Shown here: one piece after another, positions 9,468 through 19,424 of the stretch | How positions within the stretch are numbered: the first letter of the stretch is position 1 | How the letters are laid out: each line of letters starts with the position of its first letter | Assembly: GCA_046350735.1 (NCBI GenBank) | Contig: JAXLZU010000001.1 | Coordinates: 12,530-76,529 of the forward strand | Origin: Candidatus Saccharimonadota bacterium | Lineage (GTDB): Bacteria > Patescibacteriota > Saccharimonadia > CAILAD01 > BJGX01 | Length of the DNA: 64,000 nt | Direction of reading: 5' to 3' | Notes under the pieces: model-generated | Told to the model about the DNA's origin: nothing | What the model saw: the letters and a program-made list of their open reading frames with translations, nothing else | Databases searched by the model: none | Translations under genes and position numbers: made by a program

Positions 9468-10254
9468 TATCGCTTCGGGAGACCGAAGTGCGCAGCTTGA
9501 CGAAGTAAAGGAAAAAAGTCAAACAATCTTGGGACCGGCCACGTGCCACGGCAAATGCGAAGTCTAAGTGCCACGCTCGTCAGTAGTGTTTCACTGCTGT
9601 CCGGCAGTTCGGCAGTCGTCGCCGGTCTCAAGTGCGGCGGTGGCGGCCAGGTAACCAATCCTGGCGGCCACCGCCCTCGTCCCACCTACAACCCAGATAA
9701 GATGCTAAGGAGGTGATTCCGCCCGACTATTCGAGCCCCTGGCCGCAGGGTTGAGGGGCACGGGGAAAACCCGCACACGCACACGGATGCACACACAGAA
9801 CCGCCCGCCGGCGATCGAGCCGGCTTCGACGAGATACGATCTAACGGGGGAGCAATGATCGGACTTCTCACCAGTTAGCCTAGTCATCTTGCAGTTCTGT
9901 ACTCTGGTGTAGAGCGGTTGCTCTCGCAGTGTACAGAAAGGTGGCCGGGCACCCCTCATGGGGATGATCAGACAGAGAACAGCGTGCCGCGATAACAAAG
10001 GTATAGGCCGGTATGCGGACTTCGGAGGATGCTGAGCGATAAATCATACCGCATCAGCCACCAAAGTCGATACAACGCCCAGAACAGCCTTTGCTCGGCA
10101 TTTAACGCTGTCAGTTCCGTCGTCGCCGGGTGTGGTTCTCCGCCCAGGAGAACCCACCCGGCACGACACGACTTTTACTTCGTCGCTTTTCCAGATAGAT
10201 TAATTTGTTAATACATCTGTAGAAGAATAAAAACACCCGACAAGGGTGTTTTTT
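9468..10254 (+). ncRNA. putative large structured ncRNA (~790 nt), family not recognised
   Basis: GC-rich, no credible ORF, many G-U-containing helices, 5' GAGA-tetraloop hairpin, 9499-9509 pairs with 10174-10184, bounded by promoter and terminator. Confidence 0.78.
10229..10254 (+). terminator. intrinsic terminator
   Basis: AAAAACACCC-GACAA-GGGTGTTTTTT. Confidence 0.85.
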
Positions 10255-10339
10255 GTTATTTACCCCGTTAGAGTAAATAATTACTATTTCATTAGTCTAT
10301 CGGGGTTGACTATATTTTTGTCTCGCTTTACACTAAATA

Positions 10340-10366
10340 TTAGCACTCTCACTATTAGAGTGCTAA
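10340..10366. promoter_or_regulatory. CIRCE element (HrcA operator)
   Basis: Exact TTAGCACTC-N9-GAGTGCTAA upstream of groES, just downstream of TTGACT-17-TACACT. Confidence 0.97.
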
Positions 10367-10454
10367 TGCTTTCAAATAACGACTACTGTTCGAGGTTTGT
10401 CGAGAATACGTTCTCGCTAATGCTCGAATAATAACCAAAGAAGGAGATAGCACA

Positions 10455-12367
<1,913 letters not shown>

Positions 12368-12382
12368 CTCGCTACTACACCA

Positions 12383-12418
12383 TTAAAAAAGACCTCTGTA
12401 ACAGGGGTCTTTTTTAAT
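12383..12418 (+). terminator. groESL terminator (bidirectional type)
   Basis: TTAAAAAAGACCTCTG-TAA-CAGGGGTCTTTTTTAA. Confidence 0.85.
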
Positions 12419-12479
12419 ATTGACTATACTACTTTTTTATTATACTATGTCTATCTGCACCTACCCATGAGACATCAAG

Positions 12480-12941
12480 ATGAAAGCAGGTGTTATGCCA
12501 CCAGTTGGGAGTTTGGTACGGCGATCGCTACGCGAGGCGAGGCGTTCTACCGTAAGATATCGGGTTCCTGCAGTCGGTGAAATCTGTATTGTAAACGTCC
12601 TAGCATTTAACGAGGGTTTGGTGGAAGGCAAAGATAGACCAGGTGTTGTTATTGCACCATTTCGTGCACAAGCCAACCACTGGAAAGTAATGGGCCTTAC
12701 TTCTAAGCGTCAGTTTAATAACGGAGCACCTCGCAAACCACTGCTCGACTACGAGAAGTATGGGCTTAGTAGACAGAGTTGCCTCTGGAGTCCGCGACTA
12801 CCTATCTTGCCACAGTCTGATATTAAGCGAAGAATTGCAGTAATTACTCCAAAAGATGCAATGCAAATTATTCGCTACTGCAACCTGACAGATTATGAGG
12901 CAGAGTGTCTCATTAAGGCAGCTAGAGCTGCACATCTTTAA
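12480..12941 (+). CDS. PemK/MazF-like endoribonuclease-fold protein, no adjacent antitoxin
   Basis: GEICIVNV..FNE...GKDRPGVVI...VMGLTSK matches the PemK G.I.....E....K.RP.VV...LTS pattern; TTGACT at 12420 and terminator at 12948-12970. Confidence 0.65.
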   Translation: MKAGVMPPVGSLVRRSLREARRSTVRYRVPAVGEICIVNVLAFNEGLVEGKDRPGVVIAPFRAQANHWKVMGLTSKRQFNNGAPRKPLLDYEKYGLSRQSCLWSPRLPILPQSDIKRRIAVITPKDAMQIIRYCNLTDYEAECLIKAARAAHL

Positions 12942-12978
12942 TTTAGTAACCTCTGGAATCAGAGGTTTTTAATTTGTA

Positions 12979-13007
12979 TTGACTTTTTATAGTACTTATG
13001 CTACAAT
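12979..13007 (+). promoter_or_regulatory. sigma70 promoter
   Basis: TTGACT-17-TACAAT with extended TG. Confidence 0.8.
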
Positions 13008-13060
13008 AGCGCACGAGTCTGATAAGTAGATAAGTTCACGACTAGTACCAGGGAGAAGCA

Positions 13061-13351
13061 TTGACCAACATCATCGTGGTGCAGGGCCCCACCGGTGTGG
13101 CACACGTGGTTGACCTCGGCGAGGTCGAAGAGATCTTCGACTTGCCGGCCTACCAGGACGGCCCGCACGCGGCACCAGTGCACGACCCGGTCGAAGAGGA
13201 CGCCGTCTACGGCACCAGCTTCGACCCGCACCGGCAGCGGGTGCTCGAGGAGATCTCGCTTGGTGGGATCAGCCCATGCACGGTACGAGAGCACCGTCGC
13301 GAGCTCCGCACCGACGGCCACCCGGCCCGGCCCACCAAGTGGCACAAGTAG
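13061..13351 (+). CDS. hypothetical protein with high-GC codon usage
   Basis: TTG start after AGGGAG; about 13 of 96 codons end in A/T by hand count; terminator at 13388-13413. Confidence 0.72.
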   Translation: MTNIIVVQGPTGVAHVVDLGEVEEIFDLPAYQDGPHAAPVHDPVEEDAVYGTSFDPHRQRVLEEISLGGISPCTVREHRRELRTDGHPARPTKWHK

Positions 13352-13534
13352 CCACTTGCTGACAGCAGGTATAAGGCCTGACCACCCAGACCAGCTCACC
13401 CGAGCTGGTCTTTACTTTGTATCTTATAATCAGTTGTGAAATGTGTAAAAATTATAGTGCATTTCACAGCTAGAAATCGTATTATATATCTGATATACTA
13501 ATAACCGTTTCGTACCTAATACAAGGAGAGTGAG

Positions 13535-14335
13535 ATGGCCACTCCTCTAGAGTTACAGCGCCAAGCCGACGAGTTTCGTTGTGCAGGCAGGGGTGATAGA
13601 GCAATTCCTCGCTATCAAGAAGCAATAAGGTTGTATACAGAATCTGATCAGTTATTAGATGCTACAGAATGTCTCCATATGCTTGGAGTAAGTCTCATCT
13701 TCGAAGATAGATATGATGAAGGTAAAGCAGCACTCAAGCAGGCATTAGAAGAGAGAGAAAAACAGCAACGTGTGGTAGATGTGGCTCGAGTACAGCGTGA
13801 TATGGGTATTGCCGAGATGGTTATGCGACACTATCTGTTAGCAGTAGAGCTACTTCTAAAGAGTCGTGAAACCCTTTTGGTGATAGATAGCCATGGTGAA
13901 AGAGGTATTACCGAGGCCAAGCTAGGCAGGTTGTACTCTCTTACTGGTGAATTCTCTTCTGTAGATGAGTGCTTTGATGAGGCATATGTGCTAATTGGTA
14001 AGGCAGATAATCTATCTTACCTAGTAGCAGCACATATCGATAATGCAATTGCCTGTCTCGAAAGAGGTCAGTTTGGCCATCTAGATAATCACCTCACCAC
14101 TGCATGGCGTCTTCTAGAAGAATCTGGGCAGCTACAGCAACAAATACGACGTAAGCTACAGATCTATGCCCTCCAAGTGCGTAGCGCTGTTAACAAAGCC
14201 GAATGGGGCGTTGCGCGCTCTATTTACAAGCAATATTACCTAAATACTGCAGATGGCGTTTCACAAGGCAATCTGGCTTCTCTAGACAGAGAATTACGAG
14301 TAAGTGAATTACCATCTCTACTTAGTTTGCCATAG
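13535..14335 (+). CDS. tetratricopeptide-repeat protein
   Basis: Helical repeats (AIPRYQEAIRLY, LHMLGVSL...YDEGKAALKQAL, RDMGIA, AKLGRLY); AAGGAG SD; terminator at 14339-14364. Confidence 0.8.
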   Translation: MATPLELQRQADEFRCAGRGDRAIPRYQEAIRLYTESDQLLDATECLHMLGVSLIFEDRYDEGKAALKQALEEREKQQRVVDVARVQRDMGIAEMVMRHYLLAVELLLKSRETLLVIDSHGERGITEAKLGRLYSLTGEFSSVDECFDEAYVLIGKADNLSYLVAAHIDNAIACLERGQFGHLDNHLTTAWRLLEESGQLQQQIRRKLQIYALQVRSAVNKAEWGVARSIYKQYYLNTADGVSQGNLASLDRELRVSELPSLLSLP

Positions 14336-14429
14336 TTTACCTATCCAAAATGGATAGGTTTTTTATATCTTATAAACACTTTTTTATATCTGTAGAGTAG
14401 AAAAAATAGGGCTTTTTTGATAAAAAGTA

Positions 14430-14458
14430 TTGACATTTATTATAAAGTTTGCTATACT
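14430..14458 (+). promoter_or_regulatory. strong sigma70 promoter
   Basis: TTGACA-17-TATACT with extended TG. Confidence 0.85.
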
Positions 14459-14464
14459 AAGCAG

Positions 14465-14641
14465 CGACACTTTGAAAAGAGTGTAGCAAGTTGCAAATAC
14501 GTCCCTAGACAAAAGCTTTGTAGCACTGGCTGGCAGATGCATACGCCAGCGTGTGCTGCAAAGCCGTATAAAGATAAGATGTCTTTATATGTAGATTAAC
14601 CGAAACCAAGTAGGTTAATCTGGCCCAGGAGGGCCTTTGTC
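14465..14641 (+). promoter_or_regulatory. structured 5' leader with SD partly in a hairpin
   Basis: Hairpins 14515-14526/14553-14564, 14567-14589, 14593-14601/14613-14621, GGCCC-AGGA-GGGCC at 14622-14635. Confidence 0.6.
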
Positions 14642-15529
14642 ATGACCAAGACCACGAAGTCCACCCGCCGCAACAAGCCGATCCCCGTCCCCGTCGACCG
14701 CGAGAAGGTCACCGAGGAGCTCAACACCAGCATCCAGGCGTGCAACGCCGACCCTCGCTACGTCGAGGTGAAGCAGCACATCGAGGCCCACGACGCCGCC
14801 ATCGAGGCCGGCGCCGAGGGCAAGCCCCTGGGCTGGGTGCTCGACGCCCTGCAGATCCACGGCCAGGACGTCATGCGCAACAAGCGCATGATCGAGACCG
14901 CGGTGAAGGTGTTCAACGGCATCCTCTCGACCCTCGAGAGCGCCGACGGGCAGGCCGAGGCCGCGGCCCAGGTCGAGCTGACGCTCGAGCTGGCCAAGGA
15001 GCTCGACGAGTGGGCCAACAACGGCTGGGAGACCTACATGCAGGACTTCAAGCGCGAGGTCCGCGGCATGAGCGCCGAGTACCTCACCGACCGGCTGGGG
15101 TTCCCAGCCGATCAGGTGACCATCTCGGAGGGTCTCGGTACGGTGTCGATCTCCGACACCATCTACCACATCCTCAGCAACCCGAAGGTGCTCGAGCACC
15201 GGGGCTTCCGCAAGTTCGCCCTCAGCACCTTCGCGGCCTTCTACCGGTACGCCTTCGGGCAGACCGGTCGGGAGGACCAGGACCTGCTCGCCCAGGCCCG
15301 CGCCATCGACGTCTCCCTGTACGGGGAGGAGAAGGTGGCCGAGCGCGAGGCCGAGCGGGCCAAGCCCGCCCACGTGCAGACCTCGACCAGCTCGGGCGGC
15401 ACCGGCGGCCGCAAGACCGAGTCCAAGCGTCGCGCCCAGGAGCGCGGTCGTGCGGAGTACGACCAGCGGATGTCCAACCCCGAGACCAAGCGGGGGTACG
15501 AGCAGGTCGGTGGCCGCAAGGGCAAGTAG
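14642..15529 (+). CDS. hypothetical protein with extreme high-GC codon usage
   Basis: 295 aa, AGGAGG SD, only one A/T-ending codon in the first 60; basic N- and C-terminal tails; family not recognised. Confidence 0.85.
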   Translation: MTKTTKSTRRNKPIPVPVDREKVTEELNTSIQACNADPRYVEVKQHIEAHDAAIEAGAEGKPLGWVLDALQIHGQDVMRNKRMIETAVKVFNGILSTLESADGQAEAAAQVELTLELAKELDEWANNGWETYMQDFKREVRGMSAEYLTDRLGFPADQVTISEGLGTVSISDTIYHILSNPKVLEHRGFRKFALSTFAAFYRYAFGQTGREDQDLLAQARAIDVSLYGEEKVAEREAERAKPAHVQTSTSSGGTGGRKTESKRRAQERGRAEYDQRMSNPETKRGYEQVGGRKGK

Positions 15530-15668
15530 GCTTCAACGCCTACACGGTGGTAGCTCAGAACCACTGACAACACAAATCTGAGACTCAGCCCATCGCTGGG
15601 GTCGGAAGCTAGCACTTCGAGTGCTAAGTCTCCTACCGAGACTGCTTCCGGCCCCATGTGGGCCACAC

Positions 15669-15701
15669 AGTCCGTAGTTTAGAAAAAGCTACGGGCTTTT
15701 T
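15669..15701 (+). terminator. intrinsic terminator after structured 3' UTR
   Basis: AGTCCGTAGTTT-AGAA-AAAGCTACGGGCTTTTT. Confidence 0.8.
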
Positions 15702-15779
15702 CTTTTACAAAAATATTGTCATTCTGAGGCACACAGTTCTTACTTTGTTCAAACAATATTGTTCGAGGTAATCCGAGAA

Positions 15780-17105
15780 CTACTGCAAGCTCTTTTGTAT
15801 CTCTAGGGTTACCGCTGCAGCGGCTAGGTTGGTGGCTATCTTAGAATCGTACCCTGCTAAATAATTACTAACCATCTCGCGCAGATTGTTATTGGTGGCA
15901 TAGTTAATTCCCCTGTACCAATCACTAGCAGTGGCTATCTGGCGGGCAAATGGGGCCAAGTCTTTATCGTTATACTGTTGAGCAACAAGATCTCTCCTTG
16001 CTGCTGGCCATAGACTAGCCTGAGAGTAAAGTAGTTGTTGGTTTTTACTAGTAGCAAAGCCTAAGAAGTCCCAAGCAATCTCGCTATTCTTACTCGTCTT
16101 GCTTACTCCTTGTGTAAATATTACCCCATAATTAAGTGGTGTTTTAGGGTTGGTTTGTGGTAGAGCAACCATAGTAAAGGGTAGGTTGGTATTCTGTTTG
16201 CGTAGGGTCTTAGCTACCATTGGATAATCTATCATCATTTGTGTCTTTCCAGTTGCAAAGGCAGTTACGCTCGAGCCCAGCGCATCGCTCCAGGTATAGT
16301 TCTCTTTGCTGGGCTGAGCAAAGCTAGCATAATATTCTAATGCCTTGCTGCCAGATGAGTAGCCAGTACTATCTGCAAGCTGAAAAGTAGCTTTGGTAGG
16401 GGGTGAGTTTGTCATAACAGCACCATTTTGCATCATAAACATACTAATAATATCAGGGTAGCTATGAACAGCGGCAGTACCGAGAGCAGCTCCAGAACTA
16501 TATAGCGTCTGGCCTTGCTTATTACGAACACTACTATTGGCTTTATCAAACTCTTGCCAGGTACTTGGTGGTGAGCTAATATTGGCTTTTTTAAATGCAT
16601 CGGTATTATAAAACAAACCAAGTGTAGCAATACCAAACGGCATGCCATAGATGTTCTTGCCACTTACTAGGCTTTTACTAGCAAAATCGGCAAAGGTTTG
16701 ATTAAATTGCTCGGCAGTTATCACACTCTCAGGCGCAGGCTGGAGTGATTTTTGATAGAGCGGTAAGCCATCGTTACGAAATCCAAACATATCAGGCAAT
16801 GAACCAGCAGCCTGGGCCTGCAAAACTTTTGCCTGATAATTAGCCGGGTCTATATAGGTAATATTTACCGTAACATTAGGATGTAGCTTCTTATAGTTGG
16901 CCAATACTGCATCTAAATTACTGGCTTCATCACTTGGCAACCAGTAGCTAAGAGTAATTGGCGAGGTGGGGTAGACCACTTTTGACTGATACTCGATACT
17001 TGGTGAAGTAAAGAGTCCGCTACTCTGTGTAAGAACATAGATAAGTGTGGCGATAATTAATCCACATAGAATAAGTGCAGTCAGCTTGAGGTAGCGATGT
17101 TTCAT
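15780..17105 (-). CDS. extracellular solute-binding protein (sugar ABC type), membrane anchored
   Basis: YKKLHPNVTV, LPDMF, IYGMPFG, LFYNTDAFKKA, PPSTWQEF, AWDFL; start moved to MKHR. Confidence 0.88.
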   Translation of the reverse strand: MKHRYLKLTALILCGLIIATLIYVLTQSSGLFTSPSIEYQSKVVYPTSPITLSYWLPSDEASNLDAVLANYKKLHPNVTVNITYIDPANYQAKVLQAQAAGSLPDMFGFRNDGLPLYQKSLQPAPESVITAEQFNQTFADFASKSLVSGKNIYGMPFGIATLGLFYNTDAFKKANISSPPSTWQEFDKANSSVRNKQGQTLYSSGAALGTAAVHSYPDIISMFMMQNGAVMTNSPPTKATFQLADSTGYSSGSKALEYYASFAQPSKENYTWSDALGSSVTAFATGKTQMMIDYPMVAKTLRKQNTNLPFTMVALPQTNPKTPLNYGVIFTQGVSKTSKNSEIAWDFLGFATSKNQQLLYSQASLWPAARRDLVAQQYNDKDLAPFARQIATASDWYRGINYATNNNLREMVSNYLAGYDSKIATNLAAAAVTLEIQKSLQ

Positions 17106-17142
17106 ATAAATATTGTACCAGACAAGCAAACTCAATAATGAC

Positions 17143-17232
17143 TGGCGGAGAGGGAGGGATTCGAACCCTCGATAGAGTTGCCCCTATACCACCTTTCCAA
17201 GGTGGCGCACTCGGCCACTATGCGACCTCTCC
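17143..17232 (-). tRNA. tRNA-Ser(GGA)
   Basis: GGAGAGGTCGCATAGTGG...CCACC-TTGGAAA-GGTGG, long variable arm, GGTTCGAATCC, encoded CCA. Confidence 0.96.
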
Positions 17233-17309
17233 GTATCTGACTACTTTATCAGTTTAGCAAGTTGTTATCTATTAAAAAACCGGCTCATGTCTATTAGAGC
17301 CGGAAATAC

Positions 17310-18257
17310 TTATTTACCATACGAAATACTACGTACGCCTGGCGTGTCCAGGACAATCTGATGCAGGTCTGTAGGGCTAGGTGGTCTTGGAGGTGCTGGA
17401 ACAGACCGACGAGGGTGCGTCGACCCTGGAGGAGGAGGAATTACCCGTTGAGGCGAACCTGGTTGCCTCTGTGTCCACAGCGATGTTGTCTCGCTAGTTC
17501 TTGAGGCAGACTCTGCACTATCATCGGCCTGAGGCAGCTTATTGCCTCTACGGCCAACAACCTTTACCGCATATCTATCAAAAGACTCGATGGTGCCAGG
17601 CGCTACATCGGCAATAGTTCTGGGAATGGGTGGTGGCACCCTAAATGCTCCTGGAATATCTCGAGAATCAATCACTTCAATCTTACTTCTCTGCAAGTCC
17701 GGTGAAATTGGCAAGAATGACACAAAGGCAGTTCTTAGACCAAGCCTGTGTGCTGACTCCAGTACCTTCCTAGTATTCTTACCATCAGGTGAAACGTTGA
17801 AATCATTGGTCATAATAACAAGTACATCACCCGTCTCGGCTTCCTCAATGAAAGCTAAAGCAAGCCCAATTAGATCATCATCGATGTCATTCACTTTATC
17901 ACTATAGAGGGTACCATCGGCCTGAGCTCGCACCTGTACATCCCAACCATCTCGCTCGAGAGCATACCGAAATTTATCTTGCTTATCCACCGAAGATTCT
18001 TCCTCACCATCAGGTGAAGAGTCAGAAACCCTCTTAATAAAGATTGTCTTCTGGAAATCACCATCATCAATACCAAACTTATCACACAAATACTTAGCAA
18101 CGGCGTCGTAACGCAGACCAAAATCTTGAGGGCGCTCCTCGTCGGAAGCCTCCCATAACTCTTTTACCTTAATCATTACGTTTGGGCCGTCCACCAAAAG
18201 CAGTCCTAGTGGACCTGCAGTATCTGTCGATACAACACCAATATTTTGCGTGGTCAT
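17310..18257 (-). CDS. NYN (LabA/DUF88, PIN-like) domain protein with Pro-rich tail
   Basis: LLLVDGPNV, DIDDDL, DVLVIMTNDF acidic motifs in NYN order. Confidence 0.65.
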   Translation of the reverse strand: MTTQNIGVVSTDTAGPLGLLLVDGPNVMIKVKELWEASDEERPQDFGLRYDAVAKYLCDKFGIDDGDFQKTIFIKRVSDSSPDGEEESSVDKQDKFRYALERDGWDVQVRAQADGTLYSDKVNDIDDDLIGLALAFIEEAETGDVLVIMTNDFNVSPDGKNTRKVLESAHRLGLRTAFVSFLPISPDLQRSKIEVIDSRDIPGAFRVPPPIPRTIADVAPGTIESFDRYAVKVVGRRGNKLPQADDSAESASRTSETTSLWTQRQPGSPQRVIPPPPGSTHPRRSVPAPPRPPSPTDLHQIVLDTPGVRSISYGK

Positions 18258-18339
18258 CTCTCTCTATCCTTTTTCTGGGGTACTACAATCACATTATTTA
18301 TATCATATTGATACAAATAATGCAATATTAATGTATTAG

Positions 18340-19380
18340 CTAGCTAAGTTGGGCTTTCAGCTTTTGAACTTGTGGGACTTTTTCTGGATCTACGCCATTG
18401 AGAAGCGCACAATAACCAGCTGTATAGCCGGCAAAAATTACTGCATAGAGTAGCTCTTGCAGAGGGGTTGTGCCTGCCATCTGCATGGTGTTAAATACTA
18501 CACCTTGCTCTTTTATTAGCTCGGTTGTTACTTGAATACGTTTTTTCATGCCCTTGTCTTCAAACTGCGAAACTATCTGTAAGCCCCCAAATTCTTTATG
18601 GGTAGGTAGCCTCCAGCCCTCAAGTTCGTTATGATCGAGCTCAGAATAAGTATTGTACCAGGCCATTTGCTTGGCATCCTCATTAAAGCTAATCTTCCAG
18701 ATATATGCTGCTGAGGCGAGCAGTGGACTAGCATACACAATAACTGGCTTGCCGGCTAGTTTTATGGCCAGTTTTTTTGCTGCATTGTCTTCGTCAATAT
18801 CAGGGCTGAGACGCAATTTGGCGGTATTTAAGAAGTCTGCTGTATCTTCGAGCTCTCGTACTACATCTATCGATACAAGTCCCATATTTTGTATGGCACA
18901 GGTAATAGCACGTAATCCTGCAAAGATTGCCAGACGAGGCTGATCACACTCGGGCAACTCTAAAACAACGCAGTTTTGCTCTCTGGCTTGCTCCAGTAAC
19001 TTGCCACCATTAGTAATTACGAGTATTTGGGCGTTATTCTTTTTAGCTTCTTCATAGGCATGGAGGGTTTCGGCAGTATCACCAGAGTAACTACTAATAA
19101 TAACTAGGCTATGCTCGTTAACATAGCCCGGCATCTGAGCACCACGACAGACCTCTAGTGGTACTGTAAGACGTGTGTAAAGCCAATTCTTAAGCAGGTT
19201 ACCCGGCAAGGCACTACCACCCATGCCACAAAAAACTATGTTATGAATGCCTTCACCATCTTGGTTTGTAAGAGTATCACGCATATCTTCGCCATAGGGA
19301 AGTCGCAAATGATCGGGCATTGCATCTACTGCCGAAAATATACCATTTAGCTTTGCATGGGAGAGATTAGTTAATTTCAT
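18340..19380 (-). CDS. bifunctional phosphoglucose/phosphomannose isomerase
   Basis: CGMGGSA, SSYSGDTAET, QPRLA, WK..FNEDAK, ELDHNELEG. Confidence 0.92.
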   Translation of the reverse strand: MKLTNLSHAKLNGIFSAVDAMPDHLRLPYGEDMRDTLTNQDGEGIHNIVFCGMGGSALPGNLLKNWLYTRLTVPLEVCRGAQMPGYVNEHSLVIISSYSGDTAETLHAYEEAKKNNAQILVITNGGKLLEQAREQNCVVLELPECDQPRLAIFAGLRAITCAIQNMGLVSIDVVRELEDTADFLNTAKLRLSPDIDEDNAAKKLAIKLAGKPVIVYASPLLASAAYIWKISFNEDAKQMAWYNTYSELDHNELEGWRLPTHKEFGGLQIVSQFEDKGMKKRIQVTTELIKEQGVVFNTMQMAGTTPLQELLYAVIFAGYTAGYCALLNGVDPEKVPQVQKLKAQLS

Positions 19381-19424
19381 CTACTTATTAGTATACTCTA
19401 GAAATTAAAAAAGCGACTGAAAAT

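Noticed and set aside
9640-9670. RNase P RNA identity, suggested by GCCAGGTAAC..CCTGG
   Set aside because: No GAGGAAAGTCC or matching 3' P4 strand seen, and the region is too long; cmscan is still advisable
9467-10211. Short ORFs within the large GC-rich region
   Set aside because: No convincing SD/start context or codon bias; mostly antisense to the promoter-terminator orientation
10246-10431. 61-aa ORF upstream of groES
   Set aside because: Spans a terminator, the groE promoter and CIRCE
13001-13439. ORFs 13001-13399 (-) and 13095-13439 (+)
   Set aside because: Shadows of the high-GC3 96-aa ORF; they cross the promoter or terminator
15610-15627. TAGCACTTCGAGTGCTAA resembling CIRCE
   Set aside because: Lacks the 9-nt spacer and lies in a 3' UTR hairpin
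14615-15666. Overlapping alternative ORFs (14615-15373 -, 14740-15567 +, 15222-15536 -, 15241-15666 -)
   Set aside because: Shadow frames caused by the extreme GC3 of 14642-15529; only that frame has an SD and codon periodicity
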